The notes under the pieces: generated by a model
Databases searched by the model: none
The model's input: only the letters and a program-made list of their open reading frames with translations
Told to the model about the DNA's origin: nothing
Made by a program: the position numbers and the translations under genes
Shown: one piece after another, positions 1 to 9,669 of the stretch
How the letters are laid out: each line of letters starts with the position of its first letter
How positions within the stretch are numbered: position 1 is the stretch's first letter
Assembly (NCBI GenBank): GCA_965224485.1
Contig: CBDCZH010000016.1
Location: 244,616 to 308,615, forward strand
Direction: 5' to 3'
Length of the DNA: 64,000 nt
DNA from: Arcobacteraceae bacterium
GTDB lineage: Bacteria; Campylobacterota; Campylobacteria; Campylobacterales; Arcobacteraceae

Positions 1-681
1 TAAATAAAACATAACAAAGTTTTTATTTGCAGTAAAAATTGGAGTAAATGTTTTTACTTTTGTGTTATTTACAATATATTTTAATTGAGAGTTTAAATTC
101 TTTTGATTTAGTTTTACATTTTTCTTACTAACACCTTCAAGTTGAAGCATAGGATTATTTTTAATAGCTAATAATGCTTTTTTATTTTTTGAAACATATT
201 GCACAACATCTATTTCTAAGGCTGTTATAAATATATTTTTATTATTATCATAATAAATTTTCATATCTTCATCAGTTGCAATTTTTAAATTACCTCTTAC
301 TAAACTTTGGATTAACTTTTCTTTTAAAATAGCTACTTTTGTTTCTTCTTCAAAAACAGAATAATCTTTATACTTTTGTCTAATAATAGATTTAAAAGTG
401 TATAAATCCATACCATTAGAAGCGGCTACTTTTTCTAAATAATTATTCGTATCAAAAATATCAACACTTATGTTTTTATTATCTAACTCTTGTTTGTACA
501 AAACTTCATCAACAAGTGAATTTACGGCATCAGCTTTACTTAAATTAGCTTCTTGCATTCTTTGTTCAATATCAAAAGTTGTAAGAGCTTCATCATTTAC
601 ACTTAAAGCAATACCATTACTCATTTGTGCAAAACTTAGACTTGTTAATAAACAAAGTGTATATAAGGTTCTTTTCATCAT
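1..681 (-). CDS. SurA-like periplasmic chaperone / peptidyl-prolyl isomerase, 3' end outside window
   Basis: Own translation of the minus strand: MMKRTLYTLCLLTSLSFAQMSNGIALSVNDEALTTFDIEQ..., open to position 1. Signal peptide plus SurA N-terminal-like motif (IALSVNDEALT). Not in the ORF track because it lacks a stop. Confidence 0.75.
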   Translation of the reverse strand, partial: MMKRTLYTLCLLTSLSFAQMSNGIALSVNDEALTTFDIEQRMQEANLSKADAVNSLVDEVLYKQELDNKNISVDIFDTNNYLEKVAASNGMDLYTFKSIIRQKYKDYSVFEEETKVAILKEKLIQSLVRGNLKIATDEDMKIYYDNNKNIFITALEIDVVQYVSKNKKALLAIKNNPMLQLEGVSKKNVKLNQKNLNSQLKYIVNNTKVKTFTPIFTANKNFVMFYL

Positions 682-769
682 AATCCTTTTTTATAAAGCA
701 GATATTTTATCATAATAATAGTAAAATAAAAATAAGTACTTAATTCATAAATTTATAATAAGAGAGTCC

Positions 770-2749
770 ATGAAACATATTTTATTTAATTTAACTTTTA
801 TATTATTTTTAAGTTCAAATCTATTAGCTAATAATGAAATAAAACAAGTAGATTTTTCTTCCAAAGAAAAGAAATATTTGTTAGATAAAAGATTTGTAAA
901 TATTTGTATTGATCCAGAATTTATGCCTTTTGAAAAATTATTAGATGGTAAACATTATGGTTTGATTGGAGATTATTTTAAAATAATAGAAGAAAAAACT
1001 AAACTTTCTTTTCATATAATTAAAACTAAAGATTGGAAAGAAACCTTTCTTTATGCTAAGAGTAGGAAGTGTGATATTATTTCTTTAGCAGTTAAAACTC
1101 CTTCAAGATTAAAATATTTCAATTTTTCAAAACCTTATTTAGAGTCTTCTTTAGTATTATTAACAAAGTTTGATAAAGAGTTTACTAGTGATATATATAC
1201 TTTTAAAGAAGAAAAAATAGCTGTTGTTAAAGGACATGCTGGGGCTGAGATAATTAGAAATAAATATCCAAATATTAATTTAGTAGAATTAAATTCTTTA
1301 GAAGAAGTTATAAAATATCTAGAAGAAGATAAAATTTATGGTTTTGTTAGCTCTGATGTTTTGGTAAAATATTTAATTAAAGAAAACCCTTCTTCTAATT
1401 TAAAAATATCAGCCCAGTTTGATCTTATTTTTGCAGCCTCAATTGCTGTACGAAATGATGATTTAATTTTATTAGGTATTTTAAATAAAGCAATACTTAG
1501 TTTAAATAAAGAAGATAAAAAAGGAATTTTTACTAAATGGCTTTCATATGATGTAAAAAAAACTATTTATTTATTTTATTTTTATGAATCTTTAGCATTT
1601 TTTATTTTAATTTTTAGTTTTTTATTTTATAGGCATTTTTCTTTAAAGAAAAAAAATAAGCTATTAGCAAAAAACCAAGAAAAGTTAAAAGATAGTTTAG
1701 AAGAGTTTGAAAATATGATTAATTCTACTATTGAGGCAATATTTGTTCTTGATAAAGGATATTGTACTAATGCAAATGATGTGGGTGTTAAACTCTTTGG
1801 ATATAAAAACAAAGAAGAACTTATAGGTTTACATGCTTTAGCTGTAATTAACAAAGATTTTCACTCTCTTGTAAAAGAAAATATGAAAAATAACTATATA
1901 AAACCTTATGAATGTGAAGCTGTAAAAAAAGATGGAACAATTTTTCCTGTTTTAGTAAAAGGACACACTTTTATTTTTAAAAATAAACAAATAAGAATAA
2001 CTGCTGTGATTGATCTTAGTGAAATTAAGAGTAAAGATAAACAATTAGCGCAAAAAAATAAAATGGTTGCTTTGGGTGAAATGTTAGGTAATATTTCCCA
2101 TCAATGGAAACAGCCTTTATCTGTTATTTCAACAGCTGCAAGTGGAGTTTTACTTCAAAAAGATCTAAATATATTAGAAGATAAACTTTTTTACGAAGCA
2201 ATGAATAGCATAGTTAAAAATACTAAATATTTATCTAAAACTATAACTGTTTTTACAGATTTTATAAAAGATGATAAGAAGAAAAAACTTTTTTCAATAA
2301 AAGATAATATTAACAATACCCTTTGTGTTCTAACTGCAATGTTAAAAATAAATAATATTAAAATCATAATGGATTTTAAAGATGACTTTTTTATAAATAA
2401 TTATGAAAATGAATTTAGCGAAGCTTTAATGAATATATTAAATAATGCAAAAGATGCTTTTATCTCAAATAATATTGAAGAAAGATTGATTTTTATTAAT
2501 GTTTATAAAGATAAAGATATTATTATTGAAATTAAAGATAATGCAAATGGAATAAAAGAAGAGTTATTAGAAAAAATATTTGAACCATATTTTACAACAA
2601 AACATAAATCTCAAGGCACAGGTCTTGGTTTATATATTGTGAGTCAAATAATAGAAGATAGTATGAAAGGTGCAATACTAGTTACTAACAATAGTTATAC
2701 GTATAATGATATTTCATACAAAGGAGCCTTATTTAGGCTCTCTTTTTAA
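770..2749 (+). CDS. Sensor histidine kinase (periplasmic SBP domain, TM, PAS, HisKA, HATPase)
   Basis: DPEFMPFE SBP-3-like domain, H-box ISHQWKQPL, N-box NILNNAKDA, G-boxes DNANGI and GTGLGL. Confidence 0.92.
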   Translation: MKHILFNLTFILFLSSNLLANNEIKQVDFSSKEKKYLLDKRFVNICIDPEFMPFEKLLDGKHYGLIGDYFKIIEEKTKLSFHIIKTKDWKETFLYAKSRKCDIISLAVKTPSRLKYFNFSKPYLESSLVLLTKFDKEFTSDIYTFKEEKIAVVKGHAGAEIIRNKYPNINLVELNSLEEVIKYLEEDKIYGFVSSDVLVKYLIKENPSSNLKISAQFDLIFAASIAVRNDDLILLGILNKAILSLNKEDKKGIFTKWLSYDVKKTIYLFYFYESLAFFILIFSFLFYRHFSLKKKNKLLAKNQEKLKDSLEEFENMINSTIEAIFVLDKGYCTNANDVGVKLFGYKNKEELIGLHALAVINKDFHSLVKENMKNNYIKPYECEAVKKDGTIFPVLVKGHTFIFKNKQIRITAVIDLSEIKSKDKQLAQKNKMVALGEMLGNISHQWKQPLSVISTAASGVLLQKDLNILEDKLFYEAMNSIVKNTKYLSKTITVFTDFIKDDKKKKLFSIKDNINNTLCVLTAMLKINNIKIIMDFKDDFFINNYENEFSEALMNILNNAKDAFISNNIEERLIFINVYKDKDIIIEIKDNANGIKEELLEKIFEPYFTTKHKSQGTGLGLYIVSQIIEDSMKGAILVTNNSYTYNDISYKGALFRLSF

Positions 2750-2757
2750 AAAAAAAT

Positions 2758-5593
2758 TTATACTTTTGCGCTAGTACACTTATTTACTAAATACATAATT
2801 GAATTATAATCAAGTAAGGAATGCTCACTTAGACCTATTTCACAGGTTTTAGAAGTAGAGAAAGCATATTTTATTTCAGGTTTTAATGATGATTTTAAAT
2901 TTTTCAAAGCAGATTTATTAAGTTCTGGAAAATTAAATCCTCTATCTCCTGCGAAACCGCAACATTTTACATCCAAAGGAGAGGTGACATCATTTGCACA
3001 CATATTTGCAAGTTTAATAAATTTTTCATGCATATTCATTTTTCTTGATGAACAAGTTGTATGAATAGTAATAGCTTCATTTATTTTTTCAAAATTTAAA
3101 TATTTTGCTAAGACTTCTAGGCAAAATTCAATTGGTTCATAAATCTTTATTTTTACTTTAAAAGCTTCTGTCATCCTTTTTGTACAAGGAGAAGTATCAC
3201 ATAAAATTGGAAATTCACCATTATTACTCGCAATAACTAATTGCTGCTCTAAAAGCTTTGCTTTTGAATCACCTTGCTGTTTATAACCTTTTGATGAAAA
3301 AGGCATACCACAGCATAAGTCATCTAGTTCTTTTGGTAATATAATCTCAAAACCAGCTTTTCTTAGAAGTATAATAGTAATATCAAAAAGTGATTTCTCT
3401 TCTGTGCTATTTTGACTTAAACCCATGGATCTACTTATGCAAGAAGGAAAATATACAATTTTTCTCTTACTTTTTATATTTGTAAAGTTTTTATTTATAC
3501 TTGTTGATGAAGGAAGGGAACTTGACCAATATGGTGTTTTTAAAACCTTTCTCGCTGTTTTTGTAAGAGAAGTATAAACTTTAGTTCCAAGTAGCTTATG
3601 CGTCATATTTGAAGCTTTTAATCCAAACTTTATTAGGCTTAAAGTATTTGAAAAGTTATTTGCGACAATAGAAGCTATTTTATTACTAAGAGGTGAACTA
3701 TTTTCATGTCTAAGATATTTTGTTAAAGACCCTGTATCAATTCCAACTGGACAGGCATTTGAACATAAACTACAAGTTGCACAGGTGTCTAAACCATCAT
3801 AATTATAATCTTTTTTTAGTTCTCTTGCTTCTTTTATTTCACCTATTTCTTCTAAGCGTGAAATTTCCCTATTTGCAATTATTCTATGTCTTGGGGTAAA
3901 GGTAATAACATTTGAGGGGCAAACTGGTTCGCAAAAACCACACTCTATACAGGTATCAACTAATGAATTAGTAGCAGGTAAAGGTTTTAAGTTTTTTAAA
4001 TGAATATTTTTATCTTCATTTATAAGAACATCTTTATTTAAAATATTTTTTTTATCAAATATTTTTTTAATTCTTTTCATTATGGTATATGCCAACCTAC
4101 CCCACTCTAATTCAATAAAAGCAGCCATGTTTCGACCTGTTCCATGCTCTGCTTTTAAGCTACCTTGATACGTAAGCGCAACTGAAGAAGTTACATCATT
4201 CATGAAGTTATCATATCTTTTTACTTCTTTAGGATCTTTAAAATCTTGAGTAAAGACAAAATGTAAGTTTCCTTCTAGGGCATGTCCAAAAATTAAAGCT
4301 TCGTTATATTCATGTTTTTTAAATAAATCTTGTAATTCAATAGTAGCTTTTGCTAAGTGTTCAATTGGGTAAGCAACATCTTCAATAATAACTGTTGTTC
4401 CTATTCTTCTAACAGCCCCTACTGCAGGGAAAAGACCCTTTCTAATGTTCCAAAATTGAGTGTACTCTTCTACTTTATTTGTAAACTCAACTTTTCTTAC
4501 AGTTTTAAATTCTGTAATTATATGTTTTATCTCTTTTACTTGAAGCCATAAATCATCTTCACTACTTGCTCTTGTTTCTATTAATAAAGCTGTAACACTT
4601 TCATCAAATTCTTTTAAATAAGAAGGCATTCCTTCTTTGTTTTGAACTGTTTTAAGAGCTTTGTTATCCATAAGTTCAACAGCATCAACAATAATTTCTT
4701 TTTTATCTTTTGCTAGTTTTAGTTTCTCAACTGCCTTGCAGGCATCTTTCATATCTTTAAAAAATACTAAGGCAGAAGCTTTATTTGCATAATCTTCAAG
4801 AGTATAATAAGTAATTTCTTCTATAAAAGCTAGAGTTCCTTCACTTCCAATGATTAAGTGAGCCAAAATATCAAAGGTATTTGTAAAATCAATTAGAGAG
4901 TTTAAAGAGTAACCACAGGTATTTTTTATTTTAAATTTTTTTCTTATTAAATCGCTTAGTTCTTTATTTCTGTTTACCTCTTTGCTCAAAGCTCTTAGTT
5001 CATCTAAAAGTTCTTTATGTGAAGACTTAAAATCTTCTTTTGATTGTTTATTACCTGTATCTAATCTCGTTCCATCTGCAAAAATTAGTTTTATAGACTT
5101 TAATGTTTTATATGAGTTTTGTGAGATACCACAGCACATACCAGAAGCATTATTTGCTGCAATTCCCCCCTCTCATAGCTGCATTTATACTAGCTGGGTC
5201 TGGACCTATTTTCTTTTTATAAACAGCTAATATATTATTTACCTGCTCTCCTGTTAAAGCTGGCTCTAAAGATATATAATCTTTATTAGCAGATAAGCTA
5301 TATTTAGTAAACTCTCTACTTGTTATTAGTAAAATACTTGAAGTTATAGCTTGTCCAGATAAAGAAGTGCCCCCTGCTCTAAAGGTTAGGCTTATATCTC
5401 TTTTATAGCACTCTTGGATTATTTTTTGAACTTCATTTGCATTATTTGCTTTGATTACAATTTTAGGAATTAGTTTGTAAAAAGAGGCATCACTTCCATA
5501 AACTAAAGTATGTAGTTTACTAGTAAATATATATTTTTTATCTATATATTTTATAATTCCATTATAAAAATCTTGGTATGTTTTATCTAACAT
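2758..5593 (-). CDS. dld: FAD-binding and Fe-S (Dld-II type) D-lactate dehydrogenase; one apparent frameshift near 5165-5172
   Basis: ORFs 5150..5593 and 2758..5139 join through IGPDPASINAAM-x-GGIAANNASGMCCG. Also RAGGTSLSGQA, GSEGTLAF, AEHGTG, two CxxCxxCxxxCP motifs and CCG domains; adjacent to lutABC. Confidence 0.85.
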
Positions 5594-5642
5594 TTTTTTT
5601 CCTTTAATATGTTTATTATTATTTAGGTAAAAAAATCTTGGA

Positions 5643-5756
5643 TTATTCTATTCTTGTAATTGTATAAATTCTTTGTTGATCACTGTAGATAAAAGAGTAC
5701 ATAACATCACATCTTTTAAATGTGATACTAGAAAGTAAGTTTAAAATAGCTTTCAT
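5643..5756 (-). CDS. Putative 37-aa small ORF (MKAILNLLSSITFKRCDVMYSFIYSDQQRIYTITRIE)
   Basis: AAGGAG 7 nt upstream of ATG, directly after the dctM stop; no homology recognised. Confidence 0.45.
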   Translation of the reverse strand: MKAILNLLSSITFKRCDVMYSFIYSDQQRIYTITRIE

Positions 5757-5772
5757 TTATGTACTCCTTTTT

Positions 5773-7125
5773 TTATTTTAAAATTGGGTCTATTCCGAAG
5801 AATTCTGGATAAAAAGCTAAAACACACAATACTACAATTTGAATAAGAATAAAAGGTAATACTCCTTTATATATCTGTACGGTTCTAACACCTGCTGGGG
5901 CTACTCCTTTTAAGTAAAACAAGGAAAATCCAAAAGGTGGGGTTAAAAATGAGGTTTGTAAGTTCATAGCTATTAAAATAGCAAACCATACTGGACTTAT
6001 TCCTAAAGCTTCAGAAATTGGAACTAAAATAGGAACAATAATATATGAAATTTCAACAAAATCAATAAAAAATCCAAGTACTAAAATAGATAACATAGTA
6101 AAAAGTATAAAACTTAATCTATCATCACCTGGTAAATTTGTCATAAAATGCTCAACAATTTCTTCACCACCTGTATATGAAAATACCATAGAAAAAGCTG
6201 TTGCTCCTATTAAAATAGCAAATACCATTGAAGTAATTTTAACAGACTCTAAAGCAGCTTGTTTTACCATTTGTATAGTAAAGGTTCTATAAAGTAAAGC
6301 AAGTCCAATAGCTCCAATACAACCAACAGCAGAAGATTCTGTAGGAGTTGCAATTCCTGCAAAAATTGAACCAAGTACTAAAATAATTAGTGATAAAGAA
6401 GGAATAATATCAATTAAGGCTCTTAATACTTGTTGCTTTTTATTTCCTCTACTTGGATCAGCTGGAATAGCTGGTGCCATATCAGGTTTAAAATAAGCAA
6501 TAACTAAAATAAAAATTATATAAGCTGCTACTAAAGTAAGACCAGGACCAACAGCTGCTGTAAATAGATCACCTACAGGAACTTGAAATACATCTCCTAA
6601 AATAATTAATACAATAGAAGGGGGAATAATTTGACCTAATGTTCCAGAAGCACAAATAGTTCCTGCTGCTAGTTCTGTATTATATTTATATTTTAACATT
6701 ACAGGTAAAGATATAACTCCCATAGCAACAACACTAGCTCCTACAACACCTGTTGAAGCAGCTAATAAGGAACCTACTAAAACAGTTGAAATAGCGACTC
6801 CTCCTCTAATTTCTCCAAACAAAAATCCCATAGATTCCAATAATTTTTCAGCAAGTCCTGTTTTTTGTAAAACAATACCCATAAAAATAAACATAGGAAT
6901 AGCCATTAAAATAGTATTTTGCATAATTGAATATATTCTAAAAGGCATGAAATCAAACATATCAATACCTTCAATTACACCATTTATTATTCCACCATCT
7001 AAACCAACTTCAACAATTCCTGCAATTATTCCAAATAAAACAGAAACAGCAGCAAAAGTAAATGCAACAGGAAATCCAATTAAGAGCATGACTAGTGCTG
7101 CAAAAAACATAATTACACCAATCAT
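5773..7125 (-). CDS. dctM: TRAP transporter large permease
   Basis: Polytopic membrane protein with GTLGQIIPPS and SFLTPPFG motifs. Confidence 0.95.
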   Translation of the reverse strand: MIGVIMFFAALVMLLIGFPVAFTFAAVSVLFGIIAGIVEVGLDGGIINGVIEGIDMFDFMPFRIYSIMQNTILMAIPMFIFMGIVLQKTGLAEKLLESMGFLFGEIRGGVAISTVLVGSLLAASTGVVGASVVAMGVISLPVMLKYKYNTELAAGTICASGTLGQIIPPSIVLIILGDVFQVPVGDLFTAAVGPGLTLVAAYIIFILVIAYFKPDMAPAIPADPSRGNKKQQVLRALIDIIPSLSLIILVLGSIFAGIATPTESSAVGCIGAIGLALLYRTFTIQMVKQAALESVKITSMVFAILIGATAFSMVFSYTGGEEIVEHFMTNLPGDDRLSFILFTMLSILVLGFFIDFVEISYIIVPILVPISEALGISPVWFAILIAMNLQTSFLTPPFGFSLFYLKGVAPAGVRTVQIYKGVLPFILIQIVVLCVLAFYPEFFGIDPILK

Positions 7126-7730
7126 TTTTTATCTCCTTTTTCATCAATATCAATAATATGATGATTATGCTCATCTAGTTCATCTTTAAGTTCATTTATT
7201 TCATGCTCTATATTGCTTGAATCTAAGTTTTTTATTCCTTTAAAGACTAAAAGATTTTTAATGAAGTAACCACATGATGTGATAATTAGCATAAAAAAAG
7301 ATAAGGGTATCAAAGCTTTAATAATCCATCTATAATGTAATCCCCCTGGATCTCCACTTTGTTCCATTGAAACAAAAGCTTCAAGTGCATTATTTATAGA
7401 ACTTGTTGCAATTAATAAAGAAATAGGAAGAATAAATAAAAATACACCTATCATATTTATCATAGCTTTTTTTCTTTGCGATAATTTGTCATAAATCACA
7501 TCAACTCTAACATGGCCATCTTCTTTTAGAGTGTAAGAAATTCCTAGTAAAATTACAACAGAAAAAAGATGCCATTCCATTTCTTGCATTGCAATAGAAC
7601 CAGATCTAAAAAAATATCTCATAACAACGTCATATGAAACATTTAATATCATTAAAACAATTGCAAGAGCGGTAATAATTCCAATAATATCTGCGAATTT
7701 ATTAAATCCCTTTTCAAGTTTTAAAAGCAT
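7122..7730 (-). CDS. dctQ: TRAP transporter small permease
   Basis: 4 TM segments, DVVMRYFF, GHVRVD motif. Confidence 0.93.
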   Translation of the reverse strand: MLLKLEKGFNKFADIIGIITALAIVLMILNVSYDVVMRYFFRSGSIAMQEMEWHLFSVVILLGISYTLKEDGHVRVDVIYDKLSQRKKAMINMIGVFLFILPISLLIATSSINNALEAFVSMEQSGDPGGLHYRWIIKALIPLSFFMLIITSCGYFIKNLLVFKGIKNLDSSNIEHEINELKDELDEHNHHIIDIDEKGDKK

Positions 7731-7800
7731 AAAAATCCTTTTTTAGTATTAAAATGACTAAGATAAAAATAATAAGTTTATCTTTATCTTAGGCCTTGTG

Positions 7801-7829
7801 AATTAAATCCCCTTTGAGGGGATTTAATT
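7801..7829. terminator. Perfect 13-bp hairpin between dctP and dctQ (mRNA-stabilising or partial terminator)
   Basis: AATTAAATCCCCT-TTG-AGGGGATTTAATT; a second hairpin lies at 7758-7792. Confidence 0.7.
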
Positions 7830-8930
7830 TTATAAATTATCTTTTAAGTAAAGATAATCAGACATTTTAGTCCACTCTCGTGCTTTCTTTTGGAAAGACG
7901 CTTGCGAATCTAAAATCTCTTTTAATAAAGGTTGATCTTTTGTTTTTTCAATTAACAACTCTTTATTTGCTTTCTTCATTGCATCCATAACAGATTTAGG
8001 AAAACTTTTTATTTTGATATTTGGGTAATCACTTTCGATTTTTGCCCAAGCTTCAGCCGACATTTTATAGTTTTGAATATACATATCATAACCAGTAACT
8101 CTCATAGCTGTTTTTAAAATTTGCTGTAAATCAGAAGGAAGTTTATTAAAAGCTTTTTCATTTACTAAATATTGTAACTCAGTTGCTGGTTCATGCCAAC
8201 CTGTATAATAATAAGGAGCAACTTTATGAAATCCCATTTTAATATCCATTCCTGGTCCAACCCATTCAAGCGCATCAATTGTTCCACGCTCTAAAGAAGT
8301 ATATAATTCTCCAGAAGGAATATTTGTAACAGTAAGTCCTAGTTTAGCCATGATTTCTCCAGCAAAACCTGGAATTCTCATTTTTAAACCTTTTAAATCA
8401 TCAAGAGAAGTAATTTCATCTCTAAACCATCCACCCATTTGGTTACCAGTATTTCCACCTGGAAATGATAATACTTTATGAGGAGCATAGGCTTTTTGCA
8501 TTAACTCTAATCCACCACCATAATAAAACCAAGCATATTGCTCAGGAGCAGTCATACCAAAAGGCATAGTTGTAAAAGGTAATAAGTTAATATCTTTACC
8601 TTTCCAATAATAAGAGGCAGAATGACCCATCTCATATTGTCCACCTTTAACCATGTCTAAAATACCAAAAGCAGATTTATGTTTATTAGAAGCATCAACT
8701 CTTATAATAAGTCTTCCATCTGACATCTCTTTTACCAAACTAGAAAGATTTTTAGGTGCATCTATAAAGGGTGATAGTGTTGGTCCCCAAGTAGTAGCTA
8801 ACTTCCACTTGAATACTTTTTTAGCCTCAACTTTGGCTTGAATAGGGGCTTTTTTGTCATCAGTACAAGCTGTAAATAATAAAGCTGATGCTAAAGCAAC
8901 ACAAGAAATTAGTTTTGTTCTCATTTTCAT
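7830..8930 (-). CDS. dctP: TRAP substrate-binding lipoprotein (monocarboxylate/2-oxoacid, TakP-like)
   Basis: Lipobox FTAC, HSASYYWKGK, QMGGWF, GLKMRIPG, DALEWVGP. Confidence 0.93.
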   Translation of the reverse strand: MKMRTKLISCVALASALLFTACTDDKKAPIQAKVEAKKVFKWKLATTWGPTLSPFIDAPKNLSSLVKEMSDGRLIIRVDASNKHKSAFGILDMVKGGQYEMGHSASYYWKGKDINLLPFTTMPFGMTAPEQYAWFYYGGGLELMQKAYAPHKVLSFPGGNTGNQMGGWFRDEITSLDDLKGLKMRIPGFAGEIMAKLGLTVTNIPSGELYTSLERGTIDALEWVGPGMDIKMGFHKVAPYYYTGWHEPATELQYLVNEKAFNKLPSDLQQILKTAMRVTGYDMYIQNYKMSAEAWAKIESDYPNIKIKSFPKSVMDAMKKANKELLIEKTKDQPLLKEILDSQASFQKKAREWTKMSDYLYLKDNL

Positions 8931-9021
8931 ATTCTTCTCCTTAAATATTGGTCTTGTATAAATTGTAACTAGCAGAGATGATAATAGTATGATATTTTTT
9001 AGTATTTCTTAATTAAAAATA

Positions 9022-9669
9022 TTAAATGCTACTTTTAAAAATATAGCCTGTATCTACAATAGTTTCTATATATTCGCCTTTTATAGTCTTTCTTAGCCTT
9101 CTTATTAAAGATCTTATTGATTCAAGTGAGGCAAAAGAGCCTTCCCACACATAGTTTTCAATTGCTTCATATGAAATAACTTGATTTTTCTTGCTTAAAA
9201 ATAAGTTTAGTAAAAGTTTCTCTTTTTTTGTAAGTCTAAACTCTTTTTTATGCATTGAAACAAGTGAAGACTTAAAATCAAAAGAACAATCTTTATCAAA
9301 ATAAATTATTTCTTTTTGAATATTACATAATTTTTCTATTTTGATTTCTAGTTCATCTATAAAAAATGGTTTCTTTAAAAAATCATTACAGCCAAAATCA
9401 TAAGCTTCTTTTATTATTTCAAGCTCAACAGTTCCTGAAATTATAATAATAGGAACTTCTTTATAAAACTCTCTAATTTTTTTTAATATTTTAATTCCAT
9501 CAAGATTAGGAACATTAATATCTAAGATAAAACAAGAATAACCTTCTGTGATATTCTTAAAAGCATCTTCTCCATTTATAAAAGCATCTATACTATAGTT
9601 TTTAAGCTCTAGTCTTTTTTTTATCGTTTCATTTAATTTTTTATTATCTTCAAGTAGTAAAATTTTCAT
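9022..9669 (-). CDS. OmpR-family response regulator
   Basis: LLEDN, LDINVP, KKPF receiver domain; winged helix ending in TIVDTGY. Confidence 0.93.
   Translation of the reverse strand: MKILLLEDNKKLNETIKKRLELKNYSIDAFINGEDAFKNITEGYSCFILDINVPNLDGIKILKKIREFYKEVPIIIISGTVELEIIKEAYDFGCNDFLKKPFFIDELEIKIEKLCNIQKEIIYFDKDCSFDFKSSLVSMHKKEFRLTKKEKLLLNLFLSKKNQVISYEAIENYVWEGSFASLESIRSLIRRLRKTIKGEYIETIVDTGYIFKSSI

Noticed and set aside
470..715. 81-aa plus-strand ORF
   Set aside because: Antisense shadow of the SurA-like gene; the same applies to other short antisense ORFs such as 1627..1854, 29956..30297 and 59377..59718
5165..5170. Phase-variable poly-G tract in dld
   Set aside because: Only G6, shorter than typical contingency tracts, and many other indels in the window point to sequencing error
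5691..5770. Purine riboswitch (three-way junction with a UUUCUA-like linker)
   Set aside because: Lacks the conserved loop-loop GG/CC pairs and core nucleotides, and the gene context does not fit
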